From positions 30,132,001 through 30,196,000 of the forward strand of contig OX597819.1 of NCBI GenBank assembly GCA_951406725.2: a stretch of 64,000 bases of DNA, written 5' to 3'. The DNA is from Octopus vulgaris. Taxonomy: Eukaryota. The position numbers and the translations under genes are program-made. The notes beneath the pieces are model-generated. The model saw only the letters and a list, made by a program, of their open reading frames with translations. It did no database searches and was not told where the DNA came from. Below are positions 13,139-27,066 of this stretch, one piece after another; within the stretch, counting starts at the first letter, position 1; every line of letters begins with the position of its first letter.

Positions 13139-15405
13139 AGCTCAGAGCTGCGGCCATGCTGGGGCACCGCCGTTTTGCAACACTTTTATTACTGAGAGCC
13201 TCCCCTAATATGTGAAATTTGGTGAAGAATGGTGTTTGATGCCACTACCCTCATTTGCACCTCTTGCCGTGAGATGGTTCATTTGGGACTGTCGACAAGA
13301 AGAGGTCCAGTTTTGATTTGAAAACACCTACATCCACTTTGTGTAGTTCCCTCAGGCTCTTTGTGAGAATATTAGAAATCTGTGGGCCCCTGAAATTCAA
13401 GCTGTTACAGTAACTGGTCCTGAAGCGCGATGACATTGCTGGGATCTTTGGCACTGTGCAGTGTCGACCCGTTCTGGCATTGGTGTAACTTTCAATGCCA
13501 AAATTTTGCGCAATTCCTTCCAAGGTATTCCAGATGTATATTACTGCATACGTCTCCCACCTCGCTCCAGGGAGTAGAGTCTTAGCTGTTTCAGCCTTTC
13601 CTAGTAGCTGAGCTGTTGTGAAGCTTCGCTGGATTGCTTCAAGTTCAACTGTTAATTCTACACTGATGGGTAACCATAGCTGGAAGTAGGCTGAGGACGA
13701 ATGTCTTCCAGGCGGTTGAAGACGAATGTCCTCCAGAGGACCATCCTGGTTTCCTTCACTCTGATTCTGAACGTTCTCAGGATCCAGCCAGCCAGTTGTC
13801 TGCACCTTGTCACCATCCTGGCAATCTGCACTTGGATACAGGTATCATCACTCATGTCGATGTCCAGGTCCCTCACTGATTTAGGCTCTGGGATTGTAAT
13901 CCCCTGTGGACCAGTGTACCCTGTAAGTTTCATATTCAGTTTTGGACGCTAGTAGCGCAGGGCTTGGAATATTTTTCCACATTGAACTTCATATTATTAT
14001 CCTCAGCCCATCCGTAAACTGAGTCCAACTTCTGCTGCAGGTGTGCAACATCACTGGGGTTCTGTATTTTCTGCGATACTTTCGTATCGTCTGCGTAGCT
14101 TGCAAGGGTGGCTATCGGGGCAGTTGGGGGCATAACTGAGAGTGCCACTACGAAAAGCAGTGGTGCCAAGACAGTTCCCTGTGGAACACCACTCACTATT
14201 TGCGTTTTCATTGAGGTGGCTCCATTGGCCACTACTGCCTGACTTCTATCTTTCATAAAGTCATGTAAACACTCTCCAAGTTTTCCAGCTATGCCGAGAT
14301 CACACAGTTTGTGGTATATCATACCATGAGCTACTTTATCAAAAACTTTTGCAAAGTATATTACGTCCACATTTGAGTTGTTGAGTAACTACCTCAACAC
14401 CCAGTCATAGTACTGTAAGAGCTGTGTCAGGCATCTCTTATCTGGTAGAAAGCCATGCTGGATATCATTAAGCAAGTTCTTTTCTTCAAGAAATGCGATT
14501 AGCTTCCCTCTGACTATCCATCCCATGACTTTGCTGATGTGTGAAGTCAGAGAGATAGGCCTATAGCTTTTGGCATCTACTCTGCCTCTCCCTTTATGGA
14601 TTAGGCATCTTATTCCCTACTTCAGTTTGCTTGACAGCTTGCCATTTGCAAGAAAGCTCTGTAAGGCCCCTGTAGTTTTGGCAGGATCTCGGGTGAGCAA
14701 GCCGGCAGTTTGAACTGTCTTCTCCATGCCAACATTTACCTTGCAGATAAAATTTGCAGGTCCTTAAGTGCACTCCAAATTTCTTCTCTCCTCTGGGGTT
14801 TCGAATTCCATTGGAGCTCTATATTTGAGCTTTCTGCTTTTGTTTGGTGGTTTGGGGTTTCGGTTTTAGTTATTTCCTTTTTTCCTTTTACTTTTTCTCC
14901 CCTTCCTTCTTTACGTTTGTGCTCGTGTTCTTTCCTTCCTTTTCATATGGTAGCATTTGGATTCCTCTGGTTGTCCAATGGGGTGAGGACTCCGTTCCTT
15001 TGTAGGACCACTGACACAGAGGGGCTTCTAGTTGCTGCTTCCTTGGCTTCCCTATCCTTATCAGCCTGATCGTTCACAGGGGTAGGGGATCCATTCTTTT
15101 GAGGAACGACCTGATCAAAGAGACTTCTAGTTTTTGTTTTGCTTTCCCAGTCCTTATAAGCCTTGTTACAGTAGTTTTCTATGATGACATCAAGAGTGTC
15201 AGTGTGTGTGGTCTGATAAGGGCATAGGGTCGGATAAATTCATTTTTCTTCTGCTCTATCTGATCAATGGTTCTACAGGAGCCATTGTTCTTCGGTGCAG
15301 CAGTGATGATGTTGTTTGGCGGTTCACAATTGTCCATACTGGAAACAGAAGATTCAATTCTTTGCTCTCCCACTTTGGTGCAATCTTCGTTTTCTAAGCC
15401 CAGAG
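13139..15405 (-). mobile_element. CR1-like LINE, degenerate and internally deleted (ORF1 fragment joined to RT)
   Basis: RT motifs FAKVFDKV, SGVPQGTVLAPLLF and YADD in frameshifted ORFs 13251-14370. ORF1 CCCH finger at ~14690-14758. 3' tail GGTGCCCCAGCATGGCCGCAGCTCTGAGCT. Confidence 0.88.
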
Positions 15406-16030
15406 GGGGAGGAAAAGATAGAGAAGAAGTGAGTGAGAGAGACAGAGGGTGGTAGAGAAGAAGAAAGGCAGTGGGAGGCAAAGGAAGGAGAGAGAGGGAG
15501 ATATGAAGAAAGAGGAAAGAAAGGGGTGTGGAGTGATAGCGAGGCAGAGAGAGGGAGAGGATGGAAGAGAAAGAGAGACAGAGTGAGGGAGAGGAAAGGG
15601 GAAGAGAAAGAGAGACAGAATGAGGGGGAGGAGGGGGAAAAGAAAATGAGAAAGACTGAGAGAGAGAGGAGAGAATGAAGGATATGAGGGAAACGGGGAG
15701 ATGAAGTGAGGAAGGGAGGGGAAATGAGGAATATATGAGGGAGAGCGTGAGAGGTAGATGTAGAGAGAGACAAAGGAAGAGAAAGAGAAGTGAGAAAAGC
15801 AGTAAGATATGAAATGGAGGGAGAGACAGAATGAGAGAGAGAGATGAGAAAAAGAGGAAGATATGGAACAGAGAGGGAGAAAGGTAGGTGTATAGAGAGA
15901 TAAAGGGGAAAGGAGAAGCAGGAAATGGAGGGAGATATATAAGGGAAAGAGAGAGGAGAGAGGAGAGAGGAAGAGGTAGGTATGAAAGAGACGGGGACCT
16001 GGTAACGAAGATATGAAGGAAAGAGAAAAA
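15400..16030. repeat. GA-rich low-complexity polypurine tract
   Basis: Plus strand is almost all G/A; the S/L/P-rich minus ORFs are artefacts. Confidence 0.9.
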
Positions 16031-16271
16031 CAAAAGGTATAAATCTAGCCGGGTGCTGCAAAAAATTAAATAAACGATAAAAGGTAGGGAAAAAACGACA
16101 CTGAAAGGAAAAGGGTTTCGTAATGAATTCGCTACCGTAAATTTTTCAAACAGAATGTAAAACGAAAAGGTCTCTGTAAGAAAAAGTTGAATGAAAACCT
16201 ATAATGATGCAAAAAGTTTTATTGCAAGTTCGTTACCGTAAATTCGCAGAATGCAAACAAGCAACAAGTCT

Positions 16272-16334
<63 letters not shown>

Positions 16335-17227
16335 TATATACATGCATATGTTTTATTTTATTTATTAATATATTATATGACGAAACGCACGCATCCCTTT
16401 TAAGTAAGATTATTCTTTATATCAAGTTTTGCTCTTGATATTAACTTTGATGCGCACTCTTAACCTTTCTGTCCCATCCCTTTCTCAGCCTTCATTCTTT
16501 TATTTCCTTTTAATTTACTTAACTTGTCTCTTCCTCTCTCTCATTCTTCACTCTCTCTCTCCCCCTCTCCATTCTTCATGGTTTCCTTGCAGCCATTCCC
16601 CTTCTTCTCTCCCTTTCTCTTGATCCTCCTCCCCACTCCCGTCGTTGACCCGCGACGAGACTTCTGCTGCTGTCTTTCTGGCCTGGCCCTCTCAAGGTAT
16701 GGACGACAATTCTTTTTGCTCCGCTCGTCGTTCATAAAAAAATCCGCGTTCGCAATACTTTTTTTCGTTCGGCGTTAACAGCCCTTCTTATCTTGTTTTT
16801 CCTTGTCCTGTCTTTTACTGTTTATAATTTGTACTGTCGTTACTGTCCTGTTTTTGTTACCATTTTTTACCCCTCTGCGAAAAGATCTCAGACTTTTAAT
16901 TGATTTGCTTTTCGCAGGAAGGAAAGTTTCTTGTCGAAGATACGTCTCGCTTTTATCCTTCGAAACGTAGAGTAGATGAAACCATAGCGACTGAAGAAGG
17001 GGTTTTTTCATTGTGTTAATTGTCCTGTACTCTATTTTTTTGTTGTTTATCTATTTTTTTTGTTGTTTAAAAAAATGTCCATTTCCTTTGGTTTGTGTCT
17101 ATGTTTTCGTTTCTCATTGTGTTCGACGTCCTTTTGTGTCCTGTACTCATATATGCGTGTATATGTACATGTAGAGGTAGGTACGTACATACATGTTTAT
17201 ATATATACGTATGTTTTATTTTATTTA

Positions 17228-17287
<60 letters not shown>

Positions 17288-17305
17288 AATACATATACAT
17301 ACATA

Positions 17306-18326
17306 TTTTTTATTTTATTTTATCTTATCTTATCTAGTTTCAGCTCACGAGCTGTGGCCATGCTGGGGCACCTTATTTGGTGTTGCTACATGATTTTACT
17401 TCACGAATGCTTTTTAGCAACTGCTATTTGGTGCATGAGAGAGTTCGATGCAGCTGCCCTCATCTGCACCTCCTGCCGTGAAGTTGGTTCATCCGGGACA
17501 CCTGACAGGAAGAGATCCAGCTTCATTTTAAAGACATCCGCATCCACCCCATGCAGGTCCCTCAGGTTCTTCGGGAGGATATTGAAGAGCTGTGGGCCTC
17601 TGAAGCCCAAGCTATCACAGTATCTTGTCCTACATCTTGATGGCAAATTTGGAGTCATTGGCACCACGCAGTGGCGCCCAGTTCTGGCATTTGTGTAACT
17701 CTCGATGCCAAAGTTTGGGACAAGTCCTTCCAGGATCTTCCAGATGTATATTATGGCATATCTTTCTCGCCTACGCTCCAAGGAGTAGAGTTTTAATCTA
17801 TTGAGTCTTTCCCAGTAGCTTATATGCTGTACAGAGGCTATCTTCTTCGTGTAGCTTCGTTGGATCGCCTCAAGTTCTGTGATCAACTTGACACTGGATG
17901 GTGACCATAGCTGAGAGCAATAGTCAAAGTGGCTTAGGACAAGTGTCCTCCAGAGGACCATCATGGTTTCTTGGTCTCTTGTTCTAAAGGTTCTAAGAAT
18001 CCATCCGGCCAGCCGTCTACATTTCATTGCCAATTTAGCAACATGTACATGAAAGTTTGCGTCATCACTCATGTAAATACCCAGGTTACGCACTGATTGT
18101 GCCTCTGGGATTGCAATCCCTCCAGGTCCAGTGCATTCATTGGGCATTGCATTTAGTTTTGCATGCTGATAGCATAAAGCTTGAAACTTTTCAGCATTGA
18201 ACTGCATGCTATTCTTTTCAGCCCACTTGTATATTTTGTCCAGCTCACATTGCAGGTGCTTAGTGTCTTCAGGTTTCTGTATTGCCTGTGAAACTTTTGT
18301 ATCATCTGCATAACTTGTGATCGTGG

Positions 18327-18327
<1 letters not shown>
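17306..18327 (-). mobile_element. CR1-like LINE 3' fragment (RT C-terminus, open frame)
   Basis: YADDTK...RNLGIYM...HFDYCSQLWSP...LYSLERRRER. Same family as 13139-15405. 3' hairpin plus (TAAGA/TAAAA)n tail. Confidence 0.92.
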
Positions 18328-18406
<79 letters not shown>

Positions 18407-18745
18407 GTGTGTATGTATTTATGTAACATTCCTGTCACAATCTGGGACCTTGAAGACTGCTTAAATGCAACAAAGTATACTAGTCCCTTAATATTTGACA
18501 TTCAGTATTTCATCTATTCAATAAGACAATCAATACTTCATTTCATTTTACTATATATACTATATATACTATATATTCTATATTCTACATTAATATTATA
18601 AAGAATAGAAATAAAACATAAAAAACAGACAGAATTGGAATTCCTTTGAATTATATGTATATATATATATATGTGACCGCGTGTGTATCTTTGGCGATTT
18701 TTTCCTCCGTCTTCCCTTCCTTGGATCTTTCCTTTTTCTATGATT

Positions 18746-20455
18746 CTAAAGTGTCATGTCTGGATGACTGCAATAATCGATAGCGGGGCTGTACTCGAAA
18801 GCTTTGAAAGCCCATTGTGCGCTGCATGGCTTTGGGGCACCTTTGTTGAGAGCTTGTTGTTGCACATTTCTCTGTAGCCGAACACCACGTGCTTGTGAGG
18901 TTTGTGAAGCTCGCATAGCCGAAGTCGATGCGGCATCAGCAGTTTGACGACGTCTGCGTTGGTCCTCAGTTTCCGCAGCTCGCGCAGCTGAAGTTGATGC
19001 GGCGTTAGCAGTTTGACGTAAAAAATCAATATACATTTGCTCTTGCATATTGTAGCTGTGTTGATTTGAAAAATAGATTCCGAATTGAAATTCAAATTAT
19101 AACATCGTTCCTGCCCATGTAAATGCCAACTGTTTCTAAGCGCTAAATAAACTTTTCTTGAGATTTCACGCGCGTAAAAAATATCAATTTTTCACCTTAC
19201 TCGTATAAGCTGCACGTTTATGTGTAAGGCAGTTCAGAAAAGAACCTTTCACGTGAAATACCATAAAGAATTGTTTTATTTTCAATAGCGGCCCACAAAT
19301 ACATGGGAATCGAAAAATTTTTAAACATAGAAATATCTCCGGAAAAAATCTATTCAGTGCAACAATTTTGAAGGAAATCTTTCGTTAAATGTATAAGTTC
19401 TCAAATGTAATACATAACAAATAATAAGCTGATAAACAGTACTTGGATCTTTTCAGTTTGACCGGCAGCTTTATACATAATTTCTAGGTAACTAAAAAAT
19501 TTTAAACTTCCTATACTGGTAGAGTGTATTTATAAAACACCTTTTTCTCTTGGATTTATTGAGAAAATTCTATAGTTTGTAAGATATTTGTTGTTGTTTT
19601 TTCTTCAATTTCTGCAATTTCAACCAATGACTGACGTCTATTGAGCTAAAAAAATATTCTGTGCCGTATGAATATGTCCCTCGTTTAAGAAACAGATTGC
19701 GTTTATTTACATTTGTGAAGAAAAAAAGATACCCTTCCCTAACTCTAACTAACCCTAACCCTAAAACAGATTGAAAGGCAATAGAGGGATACTAGAATCG
19801 TAATTATGGGTGACAATTTCATATGACACCGCTAGAAAAAAACTGCCGTTCAAACCGAAAAGATCCCAGTACCTAAATAAGAGAAATTTAAACATTTTAA
19901 CAGTGATACATAATGTTTGGCGCACAGTGCGCATGTGTGCAAACCTATAAGACAATCGGACAAAAGGTGGAAGCGCTAAAGCATTATCGATTTTTTTCGA
20001 TGTGCTACACCTCACAAAGGAAGCCCCCTAATAGCATGCAATTTTTTTACAAACTGTAGGTTAGAGTCTAATGTACATTGGATGCGAAGTTGAGCGTAAT
20101 CGGATAAAAGCTTCAGGCGCTATGTCCAAAAGGGCATTTTTTGAGTCGGATCTTCCTACCCTGTGCGCAAACGAAATGGAATTTTAAAAAACTGATGACG
20201 CTACTAAACGTCTTAGATAAAAATGCATAAGTATGTTGATTTTGATCAAAATCGGACAACTTTTGAAAAATATCGATATTGATTTATTGATTTTTCGGAG
20301 AGATCCGATATCAATATGAAAAAATCAATAGCGTCACGACACGTCTCGTCCAAAAATGCACCGATATGTAAAGTTTCAAAAACAAAAACGTCGGCTAGTT
20401 TCGGAGAAGAATCCGGAACGACAGACACACAGACAACCTCAATTTTATATATATA
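18746..20455 (-). mobile_element. Helitron 5' part with Rep/helicase N-terminal remnant, interrupted by MITE copy 2
   Basis: Minus 5' end TATATATAAAATTGAGGTTGTCTGTGTGTCTG. ORF 18746-19048 has ETEDQRRRRQ-type repeats followed by AFEYSPAIDYCSHPDMTL, typical of the RepHel N-terminus. Confidence 0.7.
19445..19866 (+). mobile_element. MITE copy 2 (Merlin-like, telomeric repeats)
   Basis: GGATCTTTTC...GAAAAGATCC TIRs; 8-bp TSD CAGTACTT/CAGTACCT. Confidence 0.92.
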
Positions 20456-20802
20456 CGTAAATGCATATATATATATGTATATATGTATATATGTATATAT
20501 GTATATAAATATGTATATATGTACTTTTTTTGTTTACTTATACATGCTTGTATGTCCCCGCTTTTCTTTGCACCTCGGTAACCGAAATATCTTCTAGGGG
20601 CTTATCTTTCATGGAAACATCCAAAGCTTACGGTGACTTTTTGGTTATTTCTTTGAAAAAACGTTGGGTAGAAAAGTTAGCTATGGTTAAATTTCAGTTG
20701 GCAATGACAGACAAATATGCTATTTCTAGCACGGAGAGTAAGATCGAGGTGTAAATTGGCTGGTTACAAATGTATACCAAAATATCCTTCTTTACTTCAA
20801 TG

Positions 20803-20950
20803 GAAAGGCTCGTGGCTTAGTGGTTAAGATGTTCGGCCCACGGTAATATTGTTGTGAGTTCGATTTATGGACTGGACAGAGAGTTGAGTTCTTGAGCAAG
20901 GTACTTCATTTCAATTTGCTCCAGTCTATTCAGCTGAAAATGGGTACCAA
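20803..20950 (+). mobile_element. tRNA-derived SINE family C, 5' part
   Basis: TGGCTTAGTGG A box, GAGTTCGATT B box; CTTGAGCAAG...GCTCCAGTC body shared with 39090-39337. Confidence 0.7.
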
Positions 20951-21369
20951 ACTTGTGCTGGTGTAGCTCTCTCTCTCTCTATCTACTACTACTTCTACTA
21001 CTACTCCACCCACAACGCTCCGCTGGTTCTCGAGGTGAGAGATCCGGGAAGGTGCCTACGACTGCTCGCGCTTGTAAAGAGATCTAAAAAGTACAATTGG
21101 TGAAAGCATCTAACCAAGAGATACTCGCGAATGTCGAGTATGTCCACTTCAATGATCCCAAATGAATTAAAACAAAAACTACACAACATTCTACCACCAA
21201 TAAATGAAACGGTAACTGAGATGAATGTAAGGTTGTTTATCATCCTAGAAGGAATATCCATTAAATGCAAATAAAGTTCCTGTTACATATGAGAATGGTC
21301 ATATTTTAGCCAATTCAACACACACACTGTATACTTGGTCTTCACTGTATTATTATCATTATTATTATT

Positions 21370-22588
<1,219 letters not shown>

Positions 22589-23145
22589 GAGTGAGAGAGC
22601 AGTTCATGCCATCAAAGTGACACTGGGGTAAAATATACGAAGCCCAATATACCCATCATGACTACCCGTCTGATAAAGGTACACCAGACACATGCATCAC
22701 AACCATATGTGCGCGACATGGTGATCTCATATCAAGATAAACAGCACATGACCTTGCAGGTGGGGCCCAGTTAGAATTTTTTCAGGTTGAGTAGCCCATC
22801 CCGCTCAAACGGTCCCTGAATAAGGGTTGTTTAAGGATGTTGAAAGAACCACCCATGTTTCCAGAGGTGAACTATTCAAACCCCAAAGAATCCCTCTCGA
22901 CACATGGCTATGATGCTCCCCCACTACTTCTGCTCGTGATCAGAGATGCACATATCGTCAGCCACTAAGGGACATGCTCAACTGGTTAAGGTCAAACAAC
23001 TGACAAGCAAATCTGTGGTATTGAGCAGAATATTTGCTGTAGCCCATCTTTTATACCAAGACAAAACAATATACATGATAACACTTCCAATCAGTTAAGA
23101 TCAGAAGCCATGAGAGCCACTGCCTGGTACTGCATCAGGGCATTT
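22589..23145 (-). mobile_element. ~550-bp non-coding element in (TAA)n, copy 1 (probable LINE 3' UTR or non-autonomous derivative)
   Basis: Highly similar to 23384-23878 with an identical left boundary; bounded by triplet repeats. Strand inferred. Confidence 0.7.
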
Positions 23146-23182
23146 TATTATTATTATCATTATTATTATTATCATTATTATT

Positions 23183-23214
<32 letters not shown>

Positions 23215-23297
23215 TATTATTATCATTATTATTATTATCATTATTATTATCATTATTATCATCATCATCATCTTCATCATCATCATTATTATTATTA

Positions 23298-23329
<32 letters not shown>

Positions 23330-23383
23330 GTTGTTGTTGTTATTATTATTATTATTACTACTACTACTACTACTACTACTATT

Positions 23384-23878
23384 GAGTGAGAGAGCAGTGC
23401 ATGCCATCAAAGTGATACTGGGGTAAAATATACGAAACCCAGTATACTCATCATAACTACCCGTCTGATAAGGGTACACTAGGCACATGCATCACAACCA
23501 TATGTGCGCGACATGGAGATCTCATACCACGATAAACAGCACATGACCTTGCAGGTAGGGTCCAGTTAGAATTTTCTTCTGGTCGAGTAACCTATCCCGC
23601 TCAAAAGGTCCCTGAATAAGGGTTGTTTAAGGATGTTGAACGAAACACCTATGTTTCCAGAGGTGAATTATTCAAACCCCAAAGAATCCCTCTGAACACA
23701 TGGCTATGATGCTCCCCCACTACTTCTGCTCGTGATTAGAGATGCACATATCGTCAGCCACTAAGGGACATGCTCAACAGGTTATGGTCAAACAACTGAC
23801 AAGCAAATCTGTGGTGTTGAGCAGAATATTTGATGTAACCCATCTTTTATACCAAGACAAAACAATGTATATGATAAC
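23384..23878 (-). mobile_element. Non-coding element in (TAA)n, copy 2 (truncated)
   Basis: Direct repeat of 22589-23080 with scattered substitutions. Confidence 0.7.
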
Positions 23879-23914
23879 TATTATTATTATTATGATTATT
23901 ATTATTATTATTAC

Positions 23915-23969
<55 letters not shown>

Positions 23970-23979
23970 GTTATTATTG

Positions 23980-24185
23980 AAGGCATCGAGCTGGCGGAAT
24001 CGTTTGCACGCCGGGCGAAATACTTAGCAGTATTCCGTCTGCCGCTACGTTCTGAGTTCAAATTCCACCGAAGTCGACTTTGCTTTTCATCCTTTCGGGG
24101 TCGATAAATTAAGCACCAGTGAAATACTGGGGTCGATGTAATCGACTAGTCCTCTCCTAACCCTAACCGTGTGCCAACAGTAGAA

Positions 24186-24188
<3 letters not shown>
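23980..24188 (+). mobile_element. SINE family A
   Basis: Head GAGCTGGCGGAATCGTT; core GTCGACTTTGCTTTTCATCCTTTCGGGGTCGATAAATTAAG. Confidence 0.85.
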
Positions 24189-24231
<43 letters not shown>

Positions 24232-24232
<1 letters not shown>

Positions 24233-24384
24233 GTTAGTGTCCTTTGTCAAGCTCTTTCGTCACACATCTTGTGACCTCTTCAGCGACTCTTTAACCCATG
24301 TGTTTCCTCTTGTAACAAGAGGAAACACATGGGATAAAGTGTCACTGGGCATGTGATGAAAGATTTTAGACAAAGAACAATGAA

Positions 24385-24385
<1 letters not shown>
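24232..24385. mobile_element. Fold-back mini-element with hammerhead motif (Penelope terminal-repeat derived)
   Basis: Perfect 19-bp palindrome at 24295-24333 with diverged outer arms. Minus strand 24289-24246 reads CTGAAGA-G-GTCACA-AGATG-TGTGAC-GAAA-GAGCTT. Confidence 0.7.
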
Positions 24386-24453
<68 letters not shown>

Positions 24454-24743
24454 CTGAAGTGAAGTCCAAATATATAGTGGGTGTGTTTAATTGGCAAAAA
24501 TATGACCATCCCCAAATATATTTCAACATCAGTAATCTTGTAAAAGATTCCTGTTACATGATTTCACATCTGGAATCTTACAAAAGAAATACATAAACGT
24601 ACATAAAGTTCACTACGAACCATCTTCTGAATTGCTTGAATGCAACAATTTTTCGATAAACTGAGAATTGTCAGCAATTTTAATGTTAAAAGCGATTTTT
24701 CCCAAAACAGGGAAGTATATGGTAAATTTGTGCGTCCTGCGAA

Positions 24744-24859
<116 letters not shown>

Positions 24860-25419
24860 CGCGCGTGTGTGTGTTATTTCACAAAACACACATATGAGTC
24901 GTAACTGGAATTTATATCCTTCAGTATCGCTGGAGAACCTGAGAACGATCAATTCGACAAGAAACTCACATTTGCTCAACTCTCAATAAAATATGCATAT
25001 ATAATTTATTTAGCATTTTTAAATTAGTCTTGCATTTTTCAGAAAATTATTTCAAATGAAAATTATTAATTTCCATTATTCTATTTTTTAGTTTGAGTGA
25101 GTGAGAATCTTTATCAAATTGATATTCGTATTAAATTTTAGATACCTGTATCGTAATTGTATTTTATGCATGGCAAGATGTATTTCTTTAAAATTATGGT
25201 CGTGTTCTGCGAAAAATGGTGCGAAGAACGTTTCCTCAATAACATGGTAAAATAATAATTTCAATTGATTTTGTCTTAAAAATGAAGGCAGTGAAATTCC
25301 TTTATTTATCTGATCAACATTTTATAATTATTCTGTTGTGTTATTTTGTGAAATAATTATTTTTACTCAAATTCCCATTTCTGCTTTTGAATATTTCTCC
25401 ACATTTGTCTCATAAATAT

Positions 25420-26762
25420 CGCAGTGATGGATTTATCCTCCTCAAGCCCATTTTTCTTTTACAATTTAATCGGAATATCACAGTATTAGGTTTATCACCA
25501 TCGCTTTGGATGTCCTGATCACTTCATCTCTCTGGTTCAAGCAATACATGACAATATGTCTGGACGTGTATTCCACCAAAATATGCTGCCAGCAATCACA
25601 TGCGGACTAAGCAAGGATGCATCTTAGTACCTACGCGATTCTCTTTGTATCTGGCTACAATGCTTCACGAAGTTCCTCCAGACAATCCAGTAGTTGATAT
25701 CAGATATCGATGTGATGGAAGATTTTTTCAATCTTAGTGGACTTCGATCTAAACATCTAACGCATATGCAACACATTTCAGAACTTCAATACGCTGATGA
25801 CAATGCTGCCTTCTGTCATTCAAAATAACTCCAACAATCTGTGAACAACTTTGCTATGGCCTGCTATCACTTTGGCCTTACAATAAACATCAAGAAAACC
25901 AAGGTCCTTACACAAACAGCTGCAAATGTCATCTTACCAGATTTTGATGTCACCATCTCTGATATATCTCTCGAAAAAGTAGAGGACTTTCCATAGGTAG
26001 GCAACCTTTTATCAAACAAATGCACCTCGGAGAAGGCTGTGGAACACAGAATTGGAGTTGCACATGGGGATATGGAAAGTTAACCAAACGTGTCTTCAAC
26101 AACAAAGATCGTAACTTAACAATGAAAATATATGGCTTATAATGCTGTTGTCATTCTAACCTTACTATATGGCTACGAAACCTGGACTCTATATCGTCAC
26201 GACATCCAAAAATTTCACCAACAAAGGCTTCGTTCAATCTCGAGCATAAAATGAGAACACTATGTTACCAACAACAAAGTCCTTGAAAGGCAACAGTCAA
26301 AGAATCGAATCGATGATCATGAAACACCGTCTTCGATGGTAAGGATATGTAGCAAGAGTGGAAGAGTCAAGATTCCTACGCCAAGTCTTATTCAGTGAAC
26401 TCACTTAGAGAAGAAGACCACGGGGTTGTTCTCTTTGAAAATACAAGAACCATCTCAAAGCAACATGAAAGCCATTGGATTTGAGCTTAAATCGTTTGAA
26501 ACACAAGCCCGAGACCGTACCAAGTAGCGGTTGTTCCATCACCATCGGACCCAAAATCTTCGAAGCCACCAGAAGAGAAAAGAAAGAAATCAAACGACAG
26601 GAGAAAGAGGCTCGACATACCCCAGCATTGCTATACAGTAAATGCCATCGACTTTTCTATGCAATAATTGGTCGACAGAGTCATCAACGGCGTCGCCATA
26701 AAAAAAGCGTTTAGCAGGGATGAAAATACATTCTCGGATATGAGATAAAACTGATGACGACA
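25420..26762 (+). mobile_element. RTE-clade LINE, degenerate RT 3' half
   Basis: Manual translation: KQGCILVP, IRYRCDGRFFNL, ELQYADD, FGLTINIKKTKVL, LLYGYETWTLY. Multiple stops and frameshifts. Confidence 0.88.
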
Positions 26763-26841
26763 ATTATTTATTTTTCATGATTTACTCAGGCCCTCACAGA
26801 AAAGAGCTTTCATCTTCACTCACCTCTTTTTAACGGCTTAA

Positions 26842-27066
26842 TTAGAGAATCACAGAGGACCTGGAGACTTTAATTTTCTTAAGCACAGCTTTTATGCATT
26901 TCACATGCTGTTCCCCATGCTGTTCAAGAGAATTACTCTTGACCAAAATATTGTCCAAATACAGGATTGCAAATTCACAATCAGATAACATAGTATCCAT
27001 GATTTGCTGGAATATTTCTGGTGCCACTTTTAATCTAAAAGGTAAATGAGTGTATTTGTACAATCC
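26842..27066 (-). mobile_element. Gypsy/Ty3-type LTR retrotransposon RT fragment
   Basis: YKYTHLPFRLKVAPEIFQQIMD...YLDNILV (degenerate YLDD). Confidence 0.8.

Noticed and set aside
15179-16061. 284-aa and 235-aa S/L/P-rich ORFs
   Set aside because: Antisense reading of a polypurine low-complexity tract; only the last ~75 aa overlap the LINE ORF1 remnant.
17401-18501. 366-aa ORF as an intact gene
   Set aside because: The N-terminal part is microsatellite read-through; the rest is a 5'-truncated LINE RT.
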